64,000 nt of DNA from an uncultured Acidobacteriota bacterium (GTDB lineage: Bacteria > Acidobacteriota > Thermoanaerobaculia > Gp7-AA8). The notes beneath the pieces were generated by a model. That model worked only from the letters and a program-made list of their open reading frames with translations, did not search any database and was not told the origin of the DNA. Numbering within the stretch: position 1 is the first letter of the stretch; every line of letters begins with the position of its first letter. The stretch is from positions 416,001 to 480,000 of the forward strand of contig CAVUKB010000005.1 in the NCBI GenBank assembly GCA_963741955.1. Direction: 5' to 3'. The translations under genes were made by a program, and so were the position numbers. Below are positions 26,486-35,865 of this stretch, piece by piece.

Positions 26486-27898
26486 CTACGAAGTGGCGTA
26501 CTGGACAGCCATTTCGGGGGTGACAGCGGATTTCGAGCGCTTCAGGTGTCGTGCGACGGGGGTCTGGAAGTCGGTGAAATTGGGGGGTTCGAAGTTGCGG
26601 ATGTGGCGAATGCAGGCGGATCGCATCGCGCGAAGGTACTGGCCGGTGGGTATTCGCCACTGATCGGGGATATCGTTGTCTCTCCACTTGGGCATCAGTT
26701 CGGGGGGCGCAGTGGAGCCGAGGCCGAAGCAATCGGCGGCAGCGAGGAGCATCATCGAGTAGACGGCTACGGCGAAAGCGGGCAGCGAGTCGACCGATCG
26801 CCGGTTGCGCACCTGCGCCTGGCCGACACCGAAGATCTGCTTTTCGTCGCGGTGATTGACCTCGATATCCCAGCGGCGGAAGTAGGCTTGGACGAGCTCG
26901 ACGAGCGAGAGTTTCAGGTCGGTACAGATCAGGAACGCCGGTTTGCGATACAGCAGGCGTGATTTCTTGCGGAGCCGATAGCCCAGTGGCCGGATCACGA
27001 CGAGCCGCAGAGGCAGTTCATAACCCGAAGTTTTCCAAAGCACGGGACCGATGGTCTTGATCGAACAGGCGTGTTCACGACCCGAGGCCCAGACTTGGAC
27101 CTGTTGCCAGTCGATGGATTGGTCCACGCGGAGTTGATCGGGTGTTGGGGCCTGATCGCCATACCAGCGCTTGCGTCCGCGAAGCGGTTGAGAGTTTGGA
27201 GGAAAGAACAGCTTCGCGTCGCCTCGGATGCGACCGATCAGGATCGTTCGTTCCGGCAAGTTCCGCAGAACCGTACGGTTGGTGTAACCGCCGTCAACCA
27301 CCGGCATCAGCACGCGCTCGCTCGCTCCGAGCTGGTCAAAGTCCTTGCGAGTTTGGATCAGCAGACGCGTTGCACCGATGGAAAGATTCTGCTCTTTCTG
27401 CTGGCGACGATACTCGGCACGTTCCTGCTCGGTTGCTCCGGCCCCCGGGCGAACCGCCGGAGGCTGGTGATTGAACCGGATCGGGAAGCTGCGCGCCGGA
27501 CCGGCAGACTGGCCAGTTAAAGGAACACTGATCGCAGCCTGAATGAACCGTTGGGCGCGGATCAAGTTCGTGTGGAAAGGCGGCGACATCGGATCGCGCT
27601 GATAACTCACGCCTGGGATCTTCATGCCCGTCTTGCGCAACTTCGTGTCATCCAGCGGCAGCACCAGCGGTGCGTCGAGCGGCAAGTACGCGAGCAGGTG
27701 TCGTTCGATGACTCTGAACATCTCGCTCACATCGAACCGACCCTCCGAGAAAACGCGATAGTCTGCCGACCAGTCCTGCTGCGGATCGCGGCCTGCTTCA
27801 ATCATTCCGCTTACCGTGTGTCGCCCGGTGCAGTTGAGCAGGCCGATGGCCAACCCACGAACCCGCTGAAGCACCCGAGCATCACAGGATCCATTCAA
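26486..27898 (-). CDS. DDE transposase (IS701/IS4-like)
   Basis: LPLDDTKLRKTG, VVDGGY and YFRRWDIEVNHRDEKQ. Only a weak TTG start; the frame stays open upstream to the A9 tract. Confidence 0.88.
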   Translation of the reverse strand: MNGSCDARVLQRVRGLAIGLLNCTGRHTVSGMIEAGRDPQQDWSADYRVFSEGRFDVSEMFRVIERHLLAYLPLDAPLVLPLDDTKLRKTGMKIPGVSYQRDPMSPPFHTNLIRAQRFIQAAISVPLTGQSAGPARSFPIRFNHQPPAVRPGAGATEQERAEYRRQQKEQNLSIGATRLLIQTRKDFDQLGASERVLMPVVDGGYTNRTVLRNLPERTILIGRIRGDAKLFFPPNSQPLRGRKRWYGDQAPTPDQLRVDQSIDWQQVQVWASGREHACSIKTIGPVLWKTSGYELPLRLVVIRPLGYRLRKKSRLLYRKPAFLICTDLKLSLVELVQAYFRRWDIEVNHRDEKQIFGVGQAQVRNRRSVDSLPAFAVAVYSMMLLAAADCFGLGSTAPPELMPKWRDNDIPDQWRIPTGQYLRAMRSACIRHIRNFEPPNFTDFQTPVARHLKRSKSAVTPEMAVQYATS

Positions 27899-27938
27899 TT
27901 CGTCGAAGATCGCGTTGAATGAGCGAAGAAGATTTCGA

Positions 27939-28148
27939 TCAGCGTTTTTTTTTGACCCGCTTCGCTTCGACGGTTCCGGTCGGATCCTTTGCCCGCTTGA
28001 GGATCAGCGTTCGCTTGTCCTCGATGACCCATTCGACGATCTCACCGCGAATGAATTCACAAGCTTGGGCCACGGCCGCGGGAAGGTTCACGTACCACTG
28101 CCTGCTCTTTGCACGAGCGATCAGCTGCACTTTGGTTGGAAATCCCAT
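27939..28148 (-). CDS. Small AbrB/MazE-like DNA-binding protein (IS orfA)
   Basis: [36 protein letters not shown] with a GGAGG RBS. Ends on the A9 tract. Confidence 0.75.
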   Translation of the reverse strand: MGFPTKVQLIARAKSRQWYVNLPAAVAQACEFIRGEIVEWVIEDKRTLILKRAKDPTGTVEAKRVKKKR

Positions 28149-28194
28149 GGTGACCTCCTTCTGGTCTAGTGATATAACTAGATACCACGGGACG

Positions 28195-28221
28195 AAAAAA
28201 AAGTCCAGAATTCCTGGACTT
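28195..28221 (-). terminator. Intrinsic terminator just inside the IS upstream end
   Basis: On the minus strand, AAGTCCAG-GAATT-CTGGAC followed by T8. Confidence 0.65.
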
Positions 28222-28255
28222 CCGCCCAACGACTCCGAGTTCCGCCAAACTCCAG

Positions 28256-28500
28256 TCCCCGGCATCCTGCCGGGGAGCGATGGCAGCAATCAAACGCAGA
28301 TCCCGCCTCTCGCGCCGCGGTCCGTTCGTCTCTCGACTCTCGGGACGATCCTTGTATCTCGCACCAGGCAGGGCGGCGCGGGACGCCGCCCTGCATCGGG
28401 CGAGGACGCCCAACCCACTGGGCACCGGACGGGATGTCCAACCCACTCGAGCATCGGACGGGACCTTCAGTCATCGAACAGGACGTCCAACCCGCTTGCC
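28256..28500. repeat. REP/REPIN-like array (right of IS)
   Basis: Continuation of the interrupted 192-bp unit plus degenerate sub-repeats. Confidence 0.88.
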
Positions 28501-28560
28501 CGGGCTCGGGTTGAGCCCGGACCCACTCTCGCGAGATACTCCGCACCCGGAGGTCCTTCA

Positions 28561-29865
28561 ATGCGTTCTCATCTCGCCCTCTTCACCATTCTCCTCGCCG
28601 CGTCGCTGCTCGTTCCGCAGGCTGCATCCGCAGCCGATGCCGCGCCCACGAACGTCCTCCTCCGCCCGGAGCGCGTCTTCGACGCCGTCAGCACCACGCC
28701 GCACGACGGCTGGGTCGTCCTGGTCACCGGGGACCGCATCGCTGCAGTCGGACCGGCCGCCGAGGTGAAGGCACCCGCAGGGGCGCAGGTGATCGACCTC
28801 CCGGGCATGACGCTTCTCCCGGGACTGATCGACGCGCACTCCCACATCTTCCTCCACCCCTACAACGAGACGCTCTGGAACGATCAAGTGCTGAAGGAAG
28901 CGCTCGCGTACCGGACCATCCTCGCGGTGAACCACTCGCGGGACACGCTGATGGCGGGATTCACTACGCTCCGCGATCTCGGAACCGAGGGGGCGGGTTA
29001 CGCGGATCTCTCGGTGAAGCAGGCCATTGAAGAGGGACGCATCCCCGGACCGCGGCTTTTCGTTGCGACGCGCGCCATCGTGGCGACGGGAAGCTATGGC
29101 CCCGGACCACGTGGCTTCGCTCCGGAGTTCGTTCCGCCGAAAGGGGCGGAAGAAGTGAGCGGCACGGCGGAGATTCTCAAAGCCGTGCGCGAGCAGGTCG
29201 GACACGGCGCCGACTGGGTGAAGGTGTACGCCGACTACCGCCGCGGCCCCGGCGGGACGGCTGCGCCGACCTTCTCGCTCGACGAGTTGAAGACGCTCGT
29301 CGATGAAGCACACAGCGCGGGACGCGAAGTCTCCGCACACGCGACCACAGCCGAAGGGATGCGACGCGCGGTGATGGCCGGCGTCGACACGATCGAGCAC
29401 GGCTACGGCGGGACGGACGACGTATTCAAACTGATGGCGGAGAAGGGCGTCGCGTTCTTCCCCACTCTCACTGCTGAAGAAGCGTACGGCGAATACTTCG
29501 AGGGGTACAAGCGCGGCACGAAACCGCTCACGCCCGGGATGCAGCAGGCGCTGCACGCGTTTCAGCTGGCGATGAAGGACGGCGTGACCATCGGATGCGG
29601 CAGCGACGTCGGCGTTTTCACGCACGGCGAGAACTACCGCGAAGTCGAGTGGATGGTGAAAGGCGGCATGACTCCGGTCCAGGCGCTCATGGCCGCCACC
29701 GCGGTCGACGCAAAAGTCCTCGGGCAGCAGGACCGCTTCGGCCGCGTGGAGAAAGGCCTTCTCGCCGATCTCATCGCCGTCCCCGGCGACCCGACGAAGG
29801 ACATCACCGCGATCGAGACCGTCCCGTTCGTGATGAAAGGCGGAGTGATCTACAAGCGGCCCTGA
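28561..29865 (+). CDS. Secreted metal-dependent amidohydrolase (Xaa-Pro dipeptidase/imidazolonepropionase-like)
   Basis: GGAGG RBS and signal peptide; [29 protein letters not shown] and ADLIAV. Confidence 0.9.
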   Translation: MRSHLALFTILLAASLLVPQAASAADAAPTNVLLRPERVFDAVSTTPHDGWVVLVTGDRIAAVGPAAEVKAPAGAQVIDLPGMTLLPGLIDAHSHIFLHPYNETLWNDQVLKEALAYRTILAVNHSRDTLMAGFTTLRDLGTEGAGYADLSVKQAIEEGRIPGPRLFVATRAIVATGSYGPGPRGFAPEFVPPKGAEEVSGTAEILKAVREQVGHGADWVKVYADYRRGPGGTAAPTFSLDELKTLVDEAHSAGREVSAHATTAEGMRRAVMAGVDTIEHGYGGTDDVFKLMAEKGVAFFPTLTAEEAYGEYFEGYKRGTKPLTPGMQQALHAFQLAMKDGVTIGCGSDVGVFTHGENYREVEWMVKGGMTPVQALMAATAVDAKVLGQQDRFGRVEKGLLADLIAVPGDPTKDITAIETVPFVMKGGVIYKRP

Positions 29866-29927
29866 TCCGGCTCTCCAACGACCTCGGCAGTCGCCCCGGC
29901 GAAGATGCGCTATCATCATGGCTTCCC

Positions 29928-31460
29928 ATGATCGATACGCCGCTCTCCCGTCGCGACGCGCTCCGGGTACTGGGCCTCACCATGGCCTCGCTCCCGTTCA
30001 TGCGAGGTCTCCGAGCAGAGGACGTCCCGACGCCGAACGTCATCTTCATCATGACCGACGATCAGCGGAAGGACGCGATGAGCGCGTACGGCAATACCAT
30101 CCTGAAAACGCCGAACATGGACCGGATCGCGAACGGCGGGGTCAGGTTCGAGGAAGCGTTCGTCACCAATTCTCTCTGCGCGCCGAGCCGCGCTTCGTTC
30201 CTCACCGGCCTCTACTCGCACTCCCACGGGGTCATCACCAACGGCGATGGACCACAGTTCTACAACGGTCCCGGTCTTCCGAAGGACCAGCCGACCTGGC
30301 CACAGCTTCTCCATGAAGCCGGCTACCACACCGGACTGGTCGGGAAGTGGCACCTCAAGTCGCAACCGACCGGATTCGACGACTGGGTCATCTTCCCGTG
30401 GCAGGGGGAGTACCACGATCCGGAGATGCTGGCGAAGGGAGTCCCGCTCCGTATGCGCGGTCATGCTGACGACGTGGTCGGCGATCAGGCGCTCGAGTTC
30501 CTCCGCAAGCGACCGCGGGATCGTCCGTTCTGCCTCCTCTACCAGTTCAAATCCCCGCATCGCACCTGGGGTCCCGCGAAGCGTTTCGCCCACACGTTCG
30601 ACGACATCGAGATCCCCGTTCCCCGCACCTTCGAAGACCGCCTGGTTGGAAGACCCGAAGCGGTCCGTGCCGCGGAGATGGAACTGGAGAACATGCCCGA
30701 TTACCGCGATCGCGTTCCTCTCTCCCTTCCTCCCGAAGAGCGGAAACGGAGAAACCTGCAGATCATGGTGAAGGACTACTATCGCGTGCTCCTGAGCGTC
30801 GACGAGAATGTCGGCCGCGTTCTGGACTTTCTCGACGAGCAGAAGCTCACCACCGACACGATCGTCATCTACACCTCAGACAACGGATTCTTCCTCGGCG
30901 AGCACGGCCTGTTCGACAAGCGGCTGATGTACGAGCCGTCGATCCGCATCCCGTTCGCGGTTCGCTATCCGCGGCGCGTTCCGGAAGGAGTGGTCGACCG
31001 GTCGCACATGATCCTCAACGTCGACGTGATGCCGACCGTCCTCCAGTTCGCGGGTGTTCCCGTCCCGCCGCGGCTGCAGGGCCGGAGCATGGTGCCGATC
31101 CTCGAGGGAGCCGACGTGCCGTGGCGCGACGCCTTCCTCTACGAGTACTACGAATATCCGGCCGGACACTGCGTGCGGAAGAACCGCGGCGTGCGAACCG
31201 GACGATGGAAGCTGATTCACTTCTTCGAACAGCCGGAAGAGTGGGAGCTTTACGATCTGAAGAATGATCCCGACGAGACGAAGAACCTGGCGTCCGATCC
31301 GAAATACGCGAGTGTCAGGACGTCGCTGATCGCGAGAATGGCCGAGCTGCGGAAAGAGCTCGGCGACAGCGATCCGCCCGGGCCTCCGCCGCGCGCGCAG
31401 GGCTGCCACGAGGGACATGCGTTGGGGTGGAGCGACTCCCCCACCGCGGTGCCGAAGTAG
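29928..31460 (+). CDS. Cys-type sulfatase with Tat signal
   Basis: SRRDAL twin-arginine; IMTDDQ, CAPSR, GKWHL, SDNG and DKRLMYE. Confidence 0.93.
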   Translation: MIDTPLSRRDALRVLGLTMASLPFMRGLRAEDVPTPNVIFIMTDDQRKDAMSAYGNTILKTPNMDRIANGGVRFEEAFVTNSLCAPSRASFLTGLYSHSHGVITNGDGPQFYNGPGLPKDQPTWPQLLHEAGYHTGLVGKWHLKSQPTGFDDWVIFPWQGEYHDPEMLAKGVPLRMRGHADDVVGDQALEFLRKRPRDRPFCLLYQFKSPHRTWGPAKRFAHTFDDIEIPVPRTFEDRLVGRPEAVRAAEMELENMPDYRDRVPLSLPPEERKRRNLQIMVKDYYRVLLSVDENVGRVLDFLDEQKLTTDTIVIYTSDNGFFLGEHGLFDKRLMYEPSIRIPFAVRYPRRVPEGVVDRSHMILNVDVMPTVLQFAGVPVPPRLQGRSMVPILEGADVPWRDAFLYEYYEYPAGHCVRKNRGVRTGRWKLIHFFEQPEEWELYDLKNDPDETKNLASDPKYASVRTSLIARMAELRKELGDSDPPGPPPRAQGCHEGHALGWSDSPTAVPK

Positions 31461-31629
31461 TCGAGAAACTCCGCGAGCGACCATCTCGCGCTCCGCGAAC
31501 CCGCTCCCGCCCCGTCCGAAGCGAGCTCTCGGGCTTTTCCATTTTTCCTGCCGAATTCACCGGATTCGAATGGTAATCGTGCGCGAGATCACGTCCGTCG
31601 CTCGATCCTGTCTTACAATAGTTCTCTAA

Positions 31630-32616
31630 ATGGTCCCATCCTTGTTCGGACTTCTGGATTCATTTCCAGCGGTAGAGGTGGTGCGTTTTCTGGTCGCCCG
31701 CGCGATGTCGGGGACGCTCTCCATTGCCTCCGGCGGCGGATTCGAGATCGTGTTCCGTCGCGGCCGCATCGTCGCTGCGTCCTGCCGCGGAGAGAACGCG
31801 GCCTCGGCTGCCGCGGAGATCGCGATTCGCGCGATGCTTCAGTGGACCGGAACGTTCTCGTTCGCAGATTCGATCGGCGATCCCGCCGGCTCCGTCGATC
31901 TCGATCCCGCCCAGTTGATCGCCACGGTGGAGGAACGCATCGATCAGAGCGTCCACTACCCGGCCGGCTCCGTCTTCCTTCTCGCCCGCGACATCGAAAC
32001 GGACGAACGATTCACGGCCGGAGAAGTCCGGGTTCTGCGGGAGCTCGACGGGACGCGTCCGATCGAGGAGGTGATCCGGGAGAGCGGTCTCGCGAGCGAC
32101 GAGGCGGCCGCAATCGTTGCATCGATGGTCCGCAGAGGATGGCTGATCTCCCGGCAGGGCTCGAAGATGAAGCTTCCCGCCGCACGACCTTCGGATTCCC
32201 CCGCTCCTGATCGGGCGGGCGTTCCACGTCCCCCCACCGAGGAGATGCCGGCACCTGCGGGATCGGCCGGGCCCGCCGAACCGAGCTCACGGGCGCCATT
32301 TCTCGCCTGTTTCACGCTCGACAATACCGCGAGCACGTCGTTCCCTCTCTTCGACGAGAGCTGCACGATCGGACGGAGCTCCAGGAATACGATCCAGCTC
32401 GATGACCCGAGCGTCTCCTCTTCGCATGCCCGCATCACGGCCACCGCCGATGGGCATCTCCTCGAGGACCTCGGGTCGAGCAACGGGACGTTCGTCAACG
32501 GCCGGAAGATCAGGACGGCGTCGCTGCGCGACAAGGACCGCATCCGGATGGGCGCGGTCTACATGGTCTACATGATTCCCGAAGTCCATCGACCCGAGAG
32601 CGAGCCTCGCCCATGA
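31630..32616 (+). CDS. DUF4388 + FHA domain protein
   Basis: N-terminal DUF4388-like region; C-terminal FHA (IGRS..VSSSHARI..DLGSSNGTFVNG). ATGA overlap with the next gene. Confidence 0.85.
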   Translation: MVPSLFGLLDSFPAVEVVRFLVARAMSGTLSIASGGGFEIVFRRGRIVAASCRGENAASAAAEIAIRAMLQWTGTFSFADSIGDPAGSVDLDPAQLIATVEERIDQSVHYPAGSVFLLARDIETDERFTAGEVRVLRELDGTRPIEEVIRESGLASDEAAAIVASMVRRGWLISRQGSKMKLPAARPSDSPAPDRAGVPRPPTEEMPAPAGSAGPAEPSSRAPFLACFTLDNTASTSFPLFDESCTIGRSSRNTIQLDDPSVSSSHARITATADGHLLEDLGSSNGTFVNGRKIRTASLRDKDRIRMGAVYMVYMIPEVHRPESEPRP

Positions 32617-35015
32617 CGGAGCTCGATCTCATCATCGTCGGCTCCGGACCCGCAGGATTGAGCGCTGCGTCTCACGCCGCGAGCAACGCTCTTCGCTACG
32701 TGGTCCTCGAGCGAGCTCCACACATCGCCGACACCATCCAGTGCTATCAGGCGCGCAAGTACGTGATGGCCGAGCCGATGGTCATCCCCGGGCGCGGCGA
32801 TCTCCCGTTCGAGGCGGGCTCGCGCGAGTCGATCCTCGACGCATGGAGTGTCCACTGTCGCGATCGCACGCTCCACATCGAGTTCGGAAAGGAAGTTCAG
32901 TCGATCGAGCGCGGCTCGTCCGGATTCACGGTCCGCACGAAGGACGGCGGAAGCTGGGCGGCCCCGAACGTGATCCTCGGCGTCGGCACGCAGGGATCTC
33001 TGCGGAAGCCGAACGTCCCGGGCGAAGATCTCCCCCACGTTTTCTATCGACTGGCCGACCCGTCCGATTACAGCGATCAGGATCTCGTCGTGGTCGGTGC
33101 AGGCGATTCCGCGCTCGAGATCGCACTCGCGCTCGCCGACGAGAACCGCGTCAGCCTGGTCGTCCGCTCGTCCGAGATCGTCCGGGCGAAGGAGAGCCTC
33201 ACCCGCGAGGCACTGAGTCGCGAAGCGAGCGGACGGATGACGATCTACTTCAGCGCGACTCTGCACAACATCGAGCCGGGATTCACCGATCTCGACGTTC
33301 GCGGAGAGATCGTCCGTGTTCCCGCACAGGCTCTCTTTCTCAAGCTCGGAGCGGTCGCACCACGGAAGTTTTTCGAGTCGTGTGGCATCGAGTACAGCGG
33401 GAAAGATCGCGACGCCATCCCTCTCCTCTCGGAGCACTACGAGACGAGCGTTCCGGGCCTCTATCTGATCGGCGCGGCAAGCGGACGCGATCTGATCAAA
33501 CTCGGGATGAATCAGGGATGGGAAGTCGTCGAGCACATCCTCGGGCACGAGGTCGAACCCGCCGACGAAGCGGTGCTGCGGGAGAGAGTTCCCTTTCTGG
33601 AAGGAACCGTCCACCAGAGGATCGGACAGCTCAGAGAAAAGATTCCGCTATTCGCGGCCGCCGAGGTCGAGCAGATCCGCGAGATGCTGCTCGCGACGGA
33701 GTTGCGGGAGTTCACGAACGGGCAGACCGTCATCCGGCAGAACGATTACACGAACGAGTTCCTGGTGATCGCGAGCGGCCGGGTCGAGGTCCTGGTCCGG
33801 AGCGAGGAAGGCGTGGAGAGCCGGGTCGCCGAGCTGACCGCGGGGAACTTCTTCGGCGAGATGAGTCTCATCTCGGGACGTCGCCGGAGTGCGACGGTGA
33901 ATGTGGTCGGCCCGGCGAAGATCTTCGCCATTCCGCGAAAAGCCATGCTGAAGCTGATCCGCACTTCGCCCGCAGTGCGCGATCTGGTCGATCGCGCATT
34001 CCTGATCCGGGCGATTCAGGGCTACCTCTTCCCGAATGTCTCCACCGCACGGCTGGGAGAACTGGTCGGACGTGCCGAGCTCCTCTCGCTCCCGAAGGGT
34101 CACGCGGTGTTCTACGAGGGCGCCGAAGGAGACGCGTTCTACCTCATCCGGAATGGAATGGTGAAGATCGCCCGCAAGTCGGGTGATCGGGAGCTCGTTC
34201 TCTCCTATCTCGTCGCAGGCAACTTCTTCGGAGAAACGGCACTCCTTTCGAACCAGCCGCGGACTGCGACCGTCACCACGATCTTTCCCTCCGACCTGAT
34301 TCGCCTCAGCCGCGACGATTTCCAGTCGTTCCTCGCGGCCAATCCTCAGTTCCGCGCCGACCCGATGAAGAAGCTCGAGGAGCGACGGATCGGCGCTCTC
34401 GTCGCCGATGCGACACCGGGAGCGGGGAACGTTCTGAGCGATCTGATTCGCGAAGAAGTGGTGATGGGGACGGACACCCTGATCATCGACGAGCATCTCT
34501 GCATCCGCTGCAGCAACTGCGTCCGCGCGTGCGAGGGCGTTCACGATGACGGTCAATCGCGGCTCTCGCTCACCGGCATTCGTCTGTACAACGTCCTCGC
34601 ACCGAACTCCTGCTGGCAGTGCGAGAACCCTCTCTGCATGCTCGACTGCCCGCCGGATGCGATCGCGCGCGACCCGCGAGGAGAGGTCTACATCCGGAGC
34701 AACTGCATCGGATGCGGAAACTGCGAGTCGAATTGTCCCTACGGCAACATCTTCATGATTCACCCCAAACCGAAGTGGGATCCATTCGGCTGGGTCAAGT
34801 CACTCTTCGCCCGCGCTGCGGGAAGATCGGCCGACGGCAACGGCGGCGAGCACGGCATCGAGCGGACTCTCGCCGTGAAGTGCGATCTCTGTCGCGACCT
34901 CGGCAGCGGACCGGCATGCGTGCGGAGCTGTCCCACCGGTGCCGCGCTGCGTCTCACGCCGCAGGAGTATCGCAGCACGCTGGAGGAGATCGTGATCACC
35001 AGAGGAGATCGCTGA
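32613..35015 (+). CDS. FAD/NAD(P)H oxidoreductase fused to two cNMP-binding domains and a 4x[4Fe-4S] domain
   Basis: GSGPAG and GAGDSA; FFGEMSL..RSATV and FFGETAL..RTATV; CIRCSNCVRAC, CWQCENPLCMLDCP, CIGCGNCESNCP and CDLC..ACVRSCP. Confidence 0.9.
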   Translation: MTELDLIIVGSGPAGLSAASHAASNALRYVVLERAPHIADTIQCYQARKYVMAEPMVIPGRGDLPFEAGSRESILDAWSVHCRDRTLHIEFGKEVQSIERGSSGFTVRTKDGGSWAAPNVILGVGTQGSLRKPNVPGEDLPHVFYRLADPSDYSDQDLVVVGAGDSALEIALALADENRVSLVVRSSEIVRAKESLTREALSREASGRMTIYFSATLHNIEPGFTDLDVRGEIVRVPAQALFLKLGAVAPRKFFESCGIEYSGKDRDAIPLLSEHYETSVPGLYLIGAASGRDLIKLGMNQGWEVVEHILGHEVEPADEAVLRERVPFLEGTVHQRIGQLREKIPLFAAAEVEQIREMLLATELREFTNGQTVIRQNDYTNEFLVIASGRVEVLVRSEEGVESRVAELTAGNFFGEMSLISGRRRSATVNVVGPAKIFAIPRKAMLKLIRTSPAVRDLVDRAFLIRAIQGYLFPNVSTARLGELVGRAELLSLPKGHAVFYEGAEGDAFYLIRNGMVKIARKSGDRELVLSYLVAGNFFGETALLSNQPRTATVTTIFPSDLIRLSRDDFQSFLAANPQFRADPMKKLEERRIGALVADATPGAGNVLSDLIREEVVMGTDTLIIDEHLCIRCSNCVRACEGVHDDGQSRLSLTGIRLYNVLAPNSCWQCENPLCMLDCPPDAIARDPRGEVYIRSNCIGCGNCESNCPYGNIFMIHPKPKWDPFGWVKSLFARAAGRSADGNGGEHGIERTLAVKCDLCRDLGSGPACVRSCPTGAALRLTPQEYRSTLEEIVITRGDR

Positions 35016-35016
35016 G

Positions 35017-35856
35017 GTGCCGGTCCGGAGACATGCAGGCCGCTGGCAGCTGATCTCGGCGCTTCTTCTCGCCGCACTGCTCGGCTCATACGTCTGGTAC
35101 GAGCAGCGCGAGCCGTTCACCCATGGCGGATCGACGATGGGTCTGATCTACGGAATCGTGGCGCTCGCGCTGATGGGCCTCCTTCTCTGGTTCGGCATCC
35201 GGAAGCGCTCCTACCGAAGCCGCTTCGGCACGCTCGAGGAGTGGCTGCAGTCGCACATCTATCTCGGCCTCTTCACGTTTGCGGTGGTGATCGCGCACAC
35301 CGGATTCCAGTTCCGCGATCGGATGGCGATCGCGCTCCTGATCGTGGTCACTCTGGTGATCGCCAGCGGAATCCTCGGCGCGATTCTCTACAAGACGGTG
35401 CCGCGTCTGCTCACCGAGGTCGACTCGAATCTTCCTGCGGACGCGATGTCGGAAGAGATGAACCAGCTGACGCGATCGATGTCGCGGGCCGCATCGGGCA
35501 AGTCGGCCCCGTTCCAGCGCATTTACAAACGGCTGGTGCAGGAAGCAATCCCTCCTCCTCTCGCGGGATGGCGTCTCCTGCTCCGTTCTTCGAACCGACG
35601 GAATCCCACCACTCGTCCGGACGACTGGTCGTCATTCCTGGGGATGGTTCCGGAAGACGAACAGGCGGAGCTGCGACAGCTTCTGGTGCTCTCACGGCAG
35701 CAGAAGGAACTGCAACTGCGCCTGGTTGCACAGCAGAAGTACCGTAACCTGCTCGATTTCTGGCTCTACATGCACCTCCCTCTTTCCATCGCCATGATCC
35801 TCCTGATCATCGCGCATCTGTGGGGCGTGTTCTATTACGGCAAAATCCAGTTCTGA
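35017..35856 (+). CDS. Membrane protein with two i/i+14 His pairs (cytochrome b / ferric reductase-like)
   Basis: SHIYLGLFTFAVVIAH and MHLPLSIAMILLIIAH in TM helices. Confidence 0.72.
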   Translation: MPVRRHAGRWQLISALLLAALLGSYVWYEQREPFTHGGSTMGLIYGIVALALMGLLLWFGIRKRSYRSRFGTLEEWLQSHIYLGLFTFAVVIAHTGFQFRDRMAIALLIVVTLVIASGILGAILYKTVPRLLTEVDSNLPADAMSEEMNQLTRSMSRAASGKSAPFQRIYKRLVQEAIPPPLAGWRLLLRSSNRRNPTTRPDDWSSFLGMVPEDEQAELRQLLVLSRQQKELQLRLVAQQKYRNLLDFWLYMHLPLSIAMILLIIAHLWGVFYYGKIQF

Positions 35857-35865
35857 GGAATCGGC

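Larger units (their letters stand above)
26453..28255 (-). mobile_element. Insertion sequence (IS701/IS4-like DDE), 1803 bp, 13-bp TIR, 21-bp target duplication
   Basis: TIR CTGGAGTTTGGCG / CGCCAAACTCCAG. TCCCCGGCATCCTGCCGGGGA is duplicated at 26432-26452 and 28256-28276. Confidence 0.9.

Noticed and set aside
25513-26962. Long ORFs in several frames across the 192-bp array
   Set aside because: Artefact of a GC-rich unit whose length is divisible by 3. There is no RBS, and homologous 191-bp arrays break the frames.
27919-28560. N-terminal 214 aa of the 648-aa ORF
   Set aside because: Reads through the IS end and REP DNA. The real amidohydrolase start is ATG 28561 with RBS and signal peptide.
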